In this document: positions 47,958 through 57,829 of the stretch, in pieces
How positions within the stretch are numbered: the stretch's first letter is position 1
How the letters are laid out: the number at the start of each line of letters is the position of its first letter
NCBI GenBank assembly: GCA_964406665.1
Contig: CAYOSQ010000007.1
Location: 11,364-75,363 of the forward strand
Length of the DNA: 64,000 nucleotides
Source: an uncultured Planctomycetia bacterium
GTDB taxonomy: Bacteria > Omnitrophota > Gorgyraeia > VGKH01 > JBHPFN01
Direction: 5' to 3'
Position numbers and translations under genes: made by a program
Notes under the pieces: model-generated
Seen by the model: the letters and a program-made list of their open reading frames with translations, nothing else
Database searches by the model: none
Told to the model about the DNA's origin: nothing

Positions 47958-49313
47958 ATGCAAAATAATAAGAGAATTTATCATAAAATGTCAAAAAGAT
48001 CTAATTACTATCTCAAAGAAATTGAAAATTATATAAATTTCCTGATCCCACCCCATTCTTCTGTATTAATGTTGGGTTGTGGATGCGGTGAAATCTTAGG
48101 CTCGCTTAAACCCTCTCGAGGATTAGGCATTGACTGCGAAATCAAAAACATAGACGCCGCAAGAAAAAGCTTCCCCTCTCTTGAATTTCAAGCTGGCATA
48201 AATGAGCTAAAAAATATTCATGAGAAATTTGATTATATCCTAATCTATGACATCCCTAATGATATAGATTCGCTTAAGAAAACTTTAAAAATACTAGAAA
48301 GTTGCTCCCTGTCAGATTCTCGAATTATAATAATCCATGATAAGAAAAAAACCTGCCCTGAATGTAATGCTAAGAATAAAGTTTCTACTCTTAAGTGGAG
48401 TGCTATTAAAGGTGCTATTTCACAAGAATCAATCGAACCCATTAAAGAAGCCCATAGAACTCTCATTTGCAAATATATTCCACTTATTTCAGTGCTTTTC
48501 AATAAAATAATCATAAACCTACCGATTTTCTGGAGATTTTCTTTAATTAATATTCTAGTAGCCAAACCTACTAAAACCAGAAAACCCCAAAAAGATGTAT
48601 CCTGCTCTGTCATAATTCCCTGCCGTAACGAAAAAGGTAATATTGAACCTGCAATTAAAAGAACTCCCAAGATGGGTAGTCATACAGAATTTATCTTTAT
48701 AGAAGGACATTCTCAAGACGGTACGCTTGAAGAATGCTACAGAGTGCAAAAGGCTTATCCAGAAAAAGATATAAAAGTATTCGTACAAGACAACGTAGGC
48801 AAGCGAGATGCAGTATACAAGGGCTTCGCTAATGCGAAAGGCGATATTTATATAATACTTGATGCAGATTTAACAGTTTTACCAGAAGACCTGTCTAAAT
48901 TTTTCAACGCTATCGCCTCAGGAAAAGGAGAATTCATAAATGGCTCAAGGTTAGTTTTAAAAATGGAAAAAGAAGCAATGCGAAAACTAAATTGGCTGGC
49001 TAATAAATTTTTTGGCTTTATGTTCTCCTATTTGCTCTCACAAAAACTCACTGATACATTATGTGGAACAAAAGTTTTGTGGAAAGATGATTTTCAAAGA
49101 ATAGTCGCTGGCAGATGCTATTTTGGTAACTTTGACCCCTTTGGTGATTTTGACCTAATACTCGGATCTGCAAAATTAAATCTAAAATTTGTTGAAATCC
49201 CCATCAGGTATCAAGCTAGAAAATATGGCTCTACTCAGATATCGAGATTTAGGCATGGGCTACTGCTTCTTAAAATGACAATATTTGCCATGAGAAAAAT
49301 AAAATTTATTTAG
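47958..49313 (+). CDS. Methyltransferase-like domain fused to a GT2 polyprenyl-phosphate glycosyltransferase
   Basis: LGCGCG, then IIPCRNEKGNI, EGHSQDGT, LDADL, DTLCGTK and DPFGDFDL. Confidence 0.87.
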   Translation: MQNNKRIYHKMSKRSNYYLKEIENYINFLIPPHSSVLMLGCGCGEILGSLKPSRGLGIDCEIKNIDAARKSFPSLEFQAGINELKNIHEKFDYILIYDIPNDIDSLKKTLKILESCSLSDSRIIIIHDKKKTCPECNAKNKVSTLKWSAIKGAISQESIEPIKEAHRTLICKYIPLISVLFNKIIINLPIFWRFSLINILVAKPTKTRKPQKDVSCSVIIPCRNEKGNIEPAIKRTPKMGSHTEFIFIEGHSQDGTLEECYRVQKAYPEKDIKVFVQDNVGKRDAVYKGFANAKGDIYIILDADLTVLPEDLSKFFNAIASGKGEFINGSRLVLKMEKEAMRKLNWLANKFFGFMFSYLLSQKLTDTLCGTKVLWKDDFQRIVAGRCYFGNFDPFGDFDLILGSAKLNLKFVEIPIRYQARKYGSTQISRFRHGLLLLKMTIFAMRKIKFI

Positions 49314-49323
49314 AGAGGCTATT

Positions 49324-50814
49324 TTGGGAAAAGGTAAAAAAGCAAAATTAGAATTAGAGAAAAGAAATGTAATCATTGTTATTGCAATAATCTTTGCAGT
49401 TGGGCTATTTTACTTCTTTACTTTAAGAGAAGGCCACAACTGGGGTGGAGATTTTGCCATGTATATCCATCATGCTAAGAATATTGCAGAGGGCTTAAAC
49501 TATAGGGAAACCGGATATATATTTAACCCTCTAAACCCGATTGCCCCTAAAACCTTTCCTCCTGTTTTCCCTCTTTTGCTGTCGCCGATTTATTTAATAT
49601 TCGGCTTAAATTTAGCCGTAATGAAAGTCGAGGTAGTTTTATTCTTCCTAGCATCAGTTTTTTTAATGTTTCAAATATTCAAGGATGATCTACCGTTTAA
49701 ATATATTATCCCTCTTATTATTCTAATAAGCCTTCATCCATTCTTCTGGTCTTTCAGGAATAACGTCATTTCTGATTTTCCGTTTTTATTTTTTGTATAT
49801 TTAAGCATCTTTTTAATCCACAGAAAGCGACCCAAGGATAAATCCAAGAAATTTCAATTCCTAAATGCTGTCTTAACTGGATTTGCTGTATACTTAGCCT
49901 GCGGAACAAGAAGTATAGGCATTGTATTAATTCCCACTTTGATTTTAAGCGAGATTTCTCGATATAGAAAAATAACTAAGTTTTCAGTAATTTCCACACT
50001 CACCACAATTCTATTTTTGCTATTACAAACAATCTTCTTTTACAGCGCACGGGGAAATCTGGAGTTCTTCTTCTTAAGCAAAAAAGTTGTATTATTTAAT
50101 ATTTCGATGTATTCAAAGATAGCTTTCTTGTTCTGGAATAACGGATATATCCAACCTTTGAGCTTAGGACTATTAATCTTAATGTGCATTTTAGCTGCAG
50201 CCTCTTACATAACCAGAACCAGAAAAAAAATCACTGCATTGGAAATATTTCCTTTCTTTTACTCAATTCCAATTATTGTTTGGCCATACTTTGATGGCCC
50301 AAGATTTATTTTCCCGCTTATTCCTCTCTTCTTATTCTATGCTTTTACTGGACTTTACAGAATTATCTTAAATCGCAAGAAAAAAATCGAGAAAATTGCA
50401 TTTATCACAGTTTTCTCTTTATGTTTTTTAACTTATTTTCTTCAATACACAAAGATGGATTTCGGCAAAATACATGAAGGAATAGCTAAAAAGGAGAGCG
50501 TCGAACTCTTTAACTACATCAAAAAATCTTCTGAAAAAGACGATGTTTTCATCTTCGTAAAGCCGCGAGTATTATCTTTTTATACCGAAAGAAAAACCGC
50601 AATTTATCCTATAGTAAAAAATGATACTGAATTCTGGAAATATCTTTTGCAAATAAAAGCTAGTTATTTAATTGTTAACAAAAACTTTCCTAATGATTTG
50701 AGAATACTTTTACCATTTGTTTTAAAATTCAAAAGCTATTTAAGCAACGTATTTTCTAATGATGACTTTATTCTACTCAAAATCCAGTGGAACTTATTAC
50801 CCTACAATAAGTAA
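49324..50814 (+). CDS. GT39/GT83-like GT-C membrane glycosyltransferase
   Basis: GGDFAMYI.HA.NI, FPPVFPLLL, SDFPF, TRSIG and RFIFPL.P. Confidence 0.78.
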   Translation: MGKGKKAKLELEKRNVIIVIAIIFAVGLFYFFTLREGHNWGGDFAMYIHHAKNIAEGLNYRETGYIFNPLNPIAPKTFPPVFPLLLSPIYLIFGLNLAVMKVEVVLFFLASVFLMFQIFKDDLPFKYIIPLIILISLHPFFWSFRNNVISDFPFLFFVYLSIFLIHRKRPKDKSKKFQFLNAVLTGFAVYLACGTRSIGIVLIPTLILSEISRYRKITKFSVISTLTTILFLLLQTIFFYSARGNLEFFFLSKKVVLFNISMYSKIAFLFWNNGYIQPLSLGLLILMCILAAASYITRTRKKITALEIFPFFYSIPIIVWPYFDGPRFIFPLIPLFLFYAFTGLYRIILNRKKKIEKIAFITVFSLCFLTYFLQYTKMDFGKIHEGIAKKESVELFNYIKKSSEKDDVFIFVKPRVLSFYTERKTAIYPIVKNDTEFWKYLLQIKASYLIVNKNFPNDLRILLPFVLKFKSYLSNVFSNDDFILLKIQWNLLPYNK

Positions 50815-50939
50815 CTACGGTATTTCCAGAACGCTCAATCATAAACAAAATTGATAAATAAACAGTAACTCTGCAGTAAATGGCATTTACTTTGTTATCA
50901 AATTGAATTATAATAATCTAAGAAAAGAATTCAAATAAT

Positions 50940-53111
50940 ATGAAAATAATCATTTTTTCACTTATAGGTCTGTTTTTAGTTTTTCTTCTGCTAATATCTC
51001 TTCTTTTAAGCATAGATCGCCTTAGTTCGAGAAAATCAACAAAATCATCAATACCAAAAAAGATAACAAGAAAAACATCAAAAGCTAAAAAGATATTTTT
51101 CAACAGCTTGTTTATCTTGTTGCTGTCTTTTATTTCAATTGCGCTTGTTTATACATCTTACAATATTAATTCAATGGTTTCCAAAAAGAGTTCCACTTCA
51201 GACAAAAAAAAGACTGTTCTAGATAAAAGTATTCAAGGTGGGGTTTTAGAAAATAGCTCTGGTAGAGACTATTCTATCGATACAAAAACCGCATCTTCAA
51301 AAATATCAAAAGAAACAAGCAGTAAAGAAAGTGGCTCTTTAACCACATCTGAACAAAAATACTCACGAGGCCAAAGCGAAACTGCCGAATCAACTTTTTT
51401 AATGGATATCCCCTCAAGCACTCAAGAATCATCCACTTTGACAACTTTTTCTGACACTTTTACACCAACTACTTCAGAATTTGATTCTTCAACTTTTTTG
51501 AACATTATGTCTTCATCCTTTTCGAAAAATAAAGATGAAAAAGAATCAAAGCCTATTGCTTACTTAAAAGGTGCAAAGCCTGGTGAAATATTTATCACTG
51601 CTTTTTACGATCAAATGAAAAATGGTAAATTCACAAAATCTGAAAAGATAGGTTTTTCTCAATCTGAAAATAACCTTTGCAACAATATAAATATAGCCAT
51701 AAACCTGCCTAGCTTAAGAAAATCCCAACTAACACAACTTCCCTTTACTATCAATGGTTCAATTGTACCCCAAACTTCTAAAGATTTACCCTTAGAATTA
51801 AATAAAAAGGGAATTTTAAAACCTTTAAAAGATTTTAAAAAAAGTGAGTTTGATTATACGATAAAAAACTGCATAGGATCACCCAGTATCGTCCTAGAGA
51901 GAAAAAAGACAGAATGGTTAACGAAAGAGATAAAAAACATACCTGAGGAACTAATTGGGTTTTTAAAAGCAGTAAAAGAAAAAAATAGTTTTGTAAAACT
52001 TGCCACTGTAGCATCTATATTGAATTCCTATTTCGGATATCAGGCTTCTCTTGAACCAATTGAACTACCTAAAAACAATACCTGGGGAAATCTTTTAACA
52101 GAAAAAATAGCTCTTAATGAAAAGCTGCTTTGCGACTGCGATGTATTATCAACCTATTCTTACATTTTTCTTCAATATTTGGATTTCAACCCAATCTTAC
52201 TTATTGGTTATTTTAACAGCCCTAAACATAGCGAATCTCTAATGGCTGAGGAACTACATGCAACTCTATTGATTGAATCAGATGGTAAATGGATTATATT
52301 TGAGCCAACACTGTTCGTTCATAATTTTACTTTTGAAATTATCAAAAAGAAATTAAAAATTATCGGACCAGTTTTTAAAGGCATTCTTTCTACTGATTTA
52401 ACCGAAAGAGGTATTGATCCAGAATCGTCCATGTCTTATATAATTGAGAATTCTGAAATCGGCTATTTCAGAATTCCTGAAAGCATATCAGAAGACCTGG
52501 AAGAAATTAATCATCAATCTCAAGCAGAAATTAAGCTCGCTAAATTGATTATAGAAATATTGTCTTTTAAGGATAATAAGTCTAAAAATTATAATGATAG
52601 CGGAGACACCACTTTTCCTATAATGTTATTAGTTCAATCTTCTATTGTAATGTATTTTTTGAGCATTATTTTAATTAAGCTATTCGCCGCACTCAAAGGT
52701 TTTAGAAGAATTGTATTCCCTATAGATAAACCATTCTTTTACATCTATCATTTGTTGCTTTTTGCTGTTTTTGTGAGCATATTAAGCCGTTCTCTTGCAG
52801 GCGAAGCTTCAGCCTATTGGAGCAAATCAACAACCGCTAACTTCTTAGGAATCACTTTTTGCCTATCTGCTGGTATAAGTAGTGCTATATTAATGATCGT
52901 CTTTCTATTTTCTGATAAAACTGAAACTATGTACAGCAATAAACTTATCCAATCCATCAATGACAGATCGTACCTTATCGTTGGATTACTATTCACTATT
53001 TCTGCCTTACTCTACTCTCCAAGCAATATTGTCTTTATAAGTTCGCTTTTAATAATAGTTCTATTTATTGTAGAAATAAAAAAAATATGCGATAATCTAA
53101 AGATAGTTTGA
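50940..53111 (+). CDS. Membrane protein with a Ser/Thr-rich linker and a transglutaminase-like domain
   Basis: CDCDVLS...IGY...LHA...WIIFEPT resembles the Cys-His-Asp transglutaminase core; TM helices at both ends. Confidence 0.6.
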   Translation: MKIIIFSLIGLFLVFLLLISLLLSIDRLSSRKSTKSSIPKKITRKTSKAKKIFFNSLFILLLSFISIALVYTSYNINSMVSKKSSTSDKKKTVLDKSIQGGVLENSSGRDYSIDTKTASSKISKETSSKESGSLTTSEQKYSRGQSETAESTFLMDIPSSTQESSTLTTFSDTFTPTTSEFDSSTFLNIMSSSFSKNKDEKESKPIAYLKGAKPGEIFITAFYDQMKNGKFTKSEKIGFSQSENNLCNNINIAINLPSLRKSQLTQLPFTINGSIVPQTSKDLPLELNKKGILKPLKDFKKSEFDYTIKNCIGSPSIVLERKKTEWLTKEIKNIPEELIGFLKAVKEKNSFVKLATVASILNSYFGYQASLEPIELPKNNTWGNLLTEKIALNEKLLCDCDVLSTYSYIFLQYLDFNPILLIGYFNSPKHSESLMAEELHATLLIESDGKWIIFEPTLFVHNFTFEIIKKKLKIIGPVFKGILSTDLTERGIDPESSMSYIIENSEIGYFRIPESISEDLEEINHQSQAEIKLAKLIIEILSFKDNKSKNYNDSGDTTFPIMLLVQSSIVMYFLSIILIKLFAALKGFRRIVFPIDKPFFYIYHLLLFAVFVSILSRSLAGEASAYWSKSTTANFLGITFCLSAGISSAILMIVFLFSDKTETMYSNKLIQSINDRSYLIVGLLFTISALLYSPSNIVFISSLLIIVLFIVEIKKICDNLKIV

Positions 53112-53123
53112 TTTTAAAATCGC

Positions 53124-54410
53124 ATGAAAATGAAAAACTTAATTCACATACTTTTTATTTCTATTGCTACCATATCTTTTTTAACTATGCAGCCTTGTCC
53201 TTTTTTAATAGCTTTAGGAGATACGAAACCTGCCATAGAGGAAGAAATTCCCGATTACTATATGCCCTACTTGGAGTTTTTAGAAGAAGTTTACAATAAA
53301 ATGGACCAATATTACTATAAGCCTATTTCAAAAGATGTTTACGATACTTATGTGGAAAAGTACAAAAGATCTGTTTTGAGTAAGATCGGAAAACATGATA
53401 AAAAAATTAATAGAATTGCTCATATTGGAGCAGGTCTTATGGTTAACCATTTAAAGGATAGAAAAGAAGATAACTTTACTAATTTTATTCCACCAAAAGA
53501 GGCTAAAGAATATGCAAAGAAAGTATACGGCTATGAAAACGGCATAGGAATAACTGGAACTGTAACCGAAAAAGGATATAAGATTACTCATGTACAAATA
53601 AGGTCAGATGCCTATAAAAAAGGCATATCTTCAGAAGATATTGTTCTTAAAATTAATGATTTTGATATCTTATCGCTAAGCGAAGAAGATTTAAATAATT
53701 ATCTTTTCCCCCCACTAGAAACAATAATTAAACTGGAAATTCTTTCATACAAAGAAGAAAAAACTAAGATATATAAAGTTGTCTGCGAAGAATATTTTAA
53801 AGAAACAATTACCAATATTTCTACCAACACACCTAGAGTTTTTTGCTTAAAAATTCATACATTCAACAGAAAAACTTCCGATGATTTTAAGGAATACATT
53901 AAAGATTTTACAAAAAAAGATATCGATTTACTTATCATTGATCTAACAGATAATCCTGGAGGCCCCCCTTTGGCAGTACATGAGCTTTCTGGAATATTCT
54001 TCCCTCCCGAAACCAAGCTGGTTTACTACAAAAAAAGGGAGGCTGAAAAGTTTGGCTTAATATCGCCGGAATCAAATATCCACTATGATGGAAAGGTTGC
54101 AATTTTAGTAAATAAAATGAGTGGGAGCGCTTCTGAAATTCTTGCCGGTACAATGAAAGCCTACAAAAGAGCTATTGTCGTGGGAAAAGAATCAACGGCA
54201 GGAAGAGCATTTCTTAAAAGCACCTTCAATTTTGAAGATGGCTCTATGCTCGCCATGGTAACCGGTTTTGCCTATCTTGCCGATGGAACTAAATTCGGCA
54301 TGGAAGGTGTCTCTCCAAATGTAAAAGTACCAATGGATGCAGATAACATGTTATTATATATTATTGATAAATACAAAGAAAACGCCTTAGCCAAACCAAG
54401 CCTTCAATAA
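53124..54410 (+). CDS. S41 family C-terminal processing peptidase-like protein with PDZ
   Basis: GIGI, IIDL.DNPGG, LVN..SGSASEILAG, RA.VVG and GVSPNV. Confidence 0.85.
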   Translation: MKMKNLIHILFISIATISFLTMQPCPFLIALGDTKPAIEEEIPDYYMPYLEFLEEVYNKMDQYYYKPISKDVYDTYVEKYKRSVLSKIGKHDKKINRIAHIGAGLMVNHLKDRKEDNFTNFIPPKEAKEYAKKVYGYENGIGITGTVTEKGYKITHVQIRSDAYKKGISSEDIVLKINDFDILSLSEEDLNNYLFPPLETIIKLEILSYKEEKTKIYKVVCEEYFKETITNISTNTPRVFCLKIHTFNRKTSDDFKEYIKDFTKKDIDLLIIDLTDNPGGPPLAVHELSGIFFPPETKLVYYKKREAEKFGLISPESNIHYDGKVAILVNKMSGSASEILAGTMKAYKRAIVVGKESTAGRAFLKSTFNFEDGSMLAMVTGFAYLADGTKFGMEGVSPNVKVPMDADNMLLYIIDKYKENALAKPSLQ

Positions 54411-54414
54411 AATT

Positions 54415-56883
54415 ATGTCTTGTTTTAAAAAATTGAACAATAAATTCCTGACTTATCTGCTGATTTCAATAACTGTAATCACCATTGGGCTACATTTTAG
54501 ACTTTATCCTATCACCATCAATTTAAACAGACAAAATCTTTCTGCTTCGAGGATTGCTCTCTTCATAAATATAAAGAAAACTCTAGCCAGAAAAATTAAT
54601 GCTGCTTTCCCAAACCTTCCACAAGAAAACAAAAATGTTTTGATAAATAAAGGATTTGAAAGTTTTACAAAAAAGGATCCTGAAAAATTAAAAGCCTTGA
54701 TAGATGAATTCAAATCAAAAAATGAGAATTCATTATATAGATACTTTCTTCTTGGCTCTGATTCCTATTATTTCTATTATCTAACAAAAGAGATAGTTTC
54801 CCACGGAGCCATATCCAAACAAATAAAAAACGGAAGTTACTTTGATGTTCTTATGAGTGCACCTGGCGGCCATTGGAGGAAAATTGAAGCTCACCCCTAT
54901 TTCGGTTTTTCCATCTACAAACTATTCACTGTTTTTTCTAAAGATTTTTCTCTTCTCTGGGCTTTATCTATTGTTCCTTTAATACTTTTTACTGTCTCGG
55001 CCTTAATTTTTATTTTAATTTGTTTAAATCTAAAGATTGATAAAATTAACATTCTTTTCAGCTCTTTATTCTTTTGTCTTTCTCCAATCTTCATTCAACG
55101 CAGTTCTTTTGGTTGGTACGATAGTGACCCATACAATATTCTATTCTTGTGCCTTGCGCTTTTTATAATTCTTAAGTTAGTAAAAAATGAAACTCATATC
55201 TTCTGGTCCCTTTCCTTGGGTTTTGTTACAGGACTATATTCATTATTTTGGCAGGGCTGGGTTTTGCTACCTGCTCTGTCTTTTTCATCTATGTTTTTTG
55301 TTTTAATCATAAAGGTTATCGAAAAACAAAAATTTACAATATTATTAAAAAAAATCGGGCTATTTTCTGCAAGTTTTCTTATTTTTGCAATAATTATACT
55401 TTCTCCTAAAGGCTTCGCAAATTCTGCTTCCGATATTTCAAGCATCATCTTTGGTTTTTTTCAGCTAAATTCAAATTTATGGCCTGATATCTTCTTAACC
55501 GTCGGAGAACTAAAGTCGCCCAATGCTTTAAAGATTATTCACACATTAGGTGGCTATGTGTTTATCGGAGTTGCTGTTTTGGGTTTTATCTTATTATGCT
55601 TTGGAAGAATCAAAAATTCAGATAAAGGACAGAGTATTGTAATAGTAGTTTCGACAATTTTATGTTTATTATTAACCAGAAACGCTGAACGCTTTGTCCT
55701 CTTTTTATTAGTTCCTATTTCAATTTGTTTTGCGCTAGGAATTAATGAGATCTGGAGGGCTGTAAATACGCAGTACTCAAAAATATCCAAGTTGAGAAAA
55801 AATCATTGTAACTGTGCAGCGACTTTTACATTATCCCTACTTTTGATTTCTCCCTTTATTTACGGCCATGCAACATCTCTTTCTCAAGTCCCTCTTTTTA
55901 ACATCGTATGGAAAGATTCACTTGAAAAAATAAAGAACAAGACTGATAAATCAGCAGTAGTCAATTCCTGGTGGCCTCCTGGACACTTCATTAAAGCTAT
56001 TGCTGAAAGAAGAGTAACTTTTGACGGTGCAACAATCAACACTCCTCAGGCATACTGGATGGCTAATTTCTTTTTATCAAATAGTGAAGAAGAAGCTTTA
56101 GGCATACTAAGAATGTTAAATACCAGCAGCAATGAAGCAACTGAATTTATGATTGATAAAAGAATTCCTCTTCAGAAAGCAATACCTTTATTAAAAGAAA
56201 TAATTGTAAAAAGTAAGCAATCTGCCAAGGATACCCTGAAAAACTATTTAGATGATAAAGATATAGAGCGTATTTTAATATTAACTCATTCAAGCCCCCC
56301 TCCTTCCTATTGCCTTATTTATAATGAAATGGTGGAGAACGCTCTTGGTCTTCGGTTCGTCAAAAATTGGAATTTCAATAAAGCATTTAATATTAAGAAG
56401 GAGCGGTATGCCGCTTTAAAAAAGGGAAAGTTCTTCTGGAGGGGAACCAAAGACTATATAGGAGAGGCTTGGTCTGTTTCTGGTGGTCCAACATACATCG
56501 GAGAAGAATCTTACGAAATCTCCACTAATAATAATTCAATTCGATTTGCTAACGGAGTAATCCTAGATAAAGAATTAATGATTGCTAAAATCGATAGGCT
56601 TGAAGACAAAATATCCGGGGTTCCCCATTCCTTGCTTTATGTAAAAAATAATAAACTAATAGAGAAAAAACTTGAAAATCCGACTATTAAGCTTTCTGTC
56701 TTAATTATTCCTCATTCTAATAACAGTCAAAGTTCAATTGTTGCTCCCGCTGAAGTTCTAAAATCTATTCTTTTTAGGCTTTATTATCTTGATGGGCTGG
56801 GATTAAAAAGGTTTGAAAAGGTTATTCAAGAAGAAAACCCTTTGCTTAAAACAAGGATTTTTGTCTTTAAAATTATCTGGTAA
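54415..56883 (+). CDS. STT3/PglB/AglB-family oligosaccharyltransferase with variant WWPPG motif
   Basis: DSYY, R...GWYDSD, TVGEL and ERF, then SWWPPGH......R.V.FDG...P.AYW. Confidence 0.85.
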   Translation: MSCFKKLNNKFLTYLLISITVITIGLHFRLYPITINLNRQNLSASRIALFINIKKTLARKINAAFPNLPQENKNVLINKGFESFTKKDPEKLKALIDEFKSKNENSLYRYFLLGSDSYYFYYLTKEIVSHGAISKQIKNGSYFDVLMSAPGGHWRKIEAHPYFGFSIYKLFTVFSKDFSLLWALSIVPLILFTVSALIFILICLNLKIDKINILFSSLFFCLSPIFIQRSSFGWYDSDPYNILFLCLALFIILKLVKNETHIFWSLSLGFVTGLYSLFWQGWVLLPALSFSSMFFVLIIKVIEKQKFTILLKKIGLFSASFLIFAIIILSPKGFANSASDISSIIFGFFQLNSNLWPDIFLTVGELKSPNALKIIHTLGGYVFIGVAVLGFILLCFGRIKNSDKGQSIVIVVSTILCLLLTRNAERFVLFLLVPISICFALGINEIWRAVNTQYSKISKLRKNHCNCAATFTLSLLLISPFIYGHATSLSQVPLFNIVWKDSLEKIKNKTDKSAVVNSWWPPGHFIKAIAERRVTFDGATINTPQAYWMANFFLSNSEEEALGILRMLNTSSNEATEFMIDKRIPLQKAIPLLKEIIVKSKQSAKDTLKNYLDDKDIERILILTHSSPPPSYCLIYNEMVENALGLRFVKNWNFNKAFNIKKERYAALKKGKFFWRGTKDYIGEAWSVSGGPTYIGEESYEISTNNNSIRFANGVILDKELMIAKIDRLEDKISGVPHSLLYVKNNKLIEKKLENPTIKLSVLIIPHSNNSQSSIVAPAEVLKSILFRLYYLDGLGLKRFEKVIQEENPLLKTRIFVFKIIW

Positions 56884-56887
56884 GAAA

Positions 56888-57820
56888 CTATTCAAAAACT
56901 GGTCTCACTTGCCCTTGAATCTGCACCTTTCCAGTACCCCCAACTTTAACCCTAGTGGTAACAGTACCTGTACCTGACTGTCTAACTGTGTTATCATCGG
57001 GAGTTTCAACTCCATCGTCTACCATTTGGGTCTTTATCGTAAGCTTACCTTTTCCTGAAACCTGAGATGTAGGCTGACCCGTAGATAAATCAACAGTTTG
57101 TGGATCACCATTCGCAGGTTGAGCCTTAGGTCTATTATCATATTCTTTGATTGCATTTGTTACATTCAAACCACCACCACTACTATGCTTTCTCATAATC
57201 TTTTCTAACTGAGTGGCTAAAAATTCCTCTCTTATCTCTCTTAGTCTTGTCACAGAATCTAAAGCTGCATAATTATCACCCATTAATAAGTAGGTCAAAC
57301 CATTAAGGTAAAGCAGCTTTTCAAATTTGGGTCTTTGCTTCTCGGCTTTTAAAAAATACTCATTAGCTTTATAAGCATCTTTTTTATCAATAAGATAAAG
57401 CAATCCTAAATTAAAGTTTAAATAAAAATAATTAGTGTCAAATTTCAAACCTTTTTTGAAAATTTCAATTGCAGCATCTTTATCATTAAGTTTATTTAGA
57501 GTTGAACCAATATAGTTATAAACTTCCACTTGTGCTGGATTAATAGAAATTGATTTATTAAAATTTTCTAACGCTTTTTCCTCAAAGCCTTTCTTCTGAG
57601 AATAAATACTCCCCAGCAGATTATAAGCATAAAAAAAACTAGGGGCAATTTTTATAACATCATGACAAATTAATTCTACTTGCTCATACTCTCCTGCTTC
57701 AAATAATTCCTGTGCTTGTTTCATCAACGTGTAAACCGAATCATTCTGGGCAAATACAATCCCATCTTTAAAAAAAGTGAACATAAAAATAAGAATAATT
57801 ACGATCAGAGACTTCTTCAT
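56888..57820 (-). CDS. Exported TPR-repeat protein
   Basis: Signal peptide (VFA-Q), multiple TPR-like repeats and a low-complexity C-terminal tail. Confidence 0.8.
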   Translation of the reverse strand: MKKSLIVIILIFMFTFFKDGIVFAQNDSVYTLMKQAQELFEAGEYEQVELICHDVIKIAPSFFYAYNLLGSIYSQKKGFEEKALENFNKSISINPAQVEVYNYIGSTLNKLNDKDAAIEIFKKGLKFDTNYFYLNFNLGLLYLIDKKDAYKANEYFLKAEKQRPKFEKLLYLNGLTYLLMGDNYAALDSVTRLREIREEFLATQLEKIMRKHSSGGGLNVTNAIKEYDNRPKAQPANGDPQTVDLSTGQPTSQVSGKGKLTIKTQMVDDGVETPDDNTVRQSGTGTVTTRVKVGGTGKVQIQGQVRPVFE

Positions 57821-57829
57821 CTTTAAACC

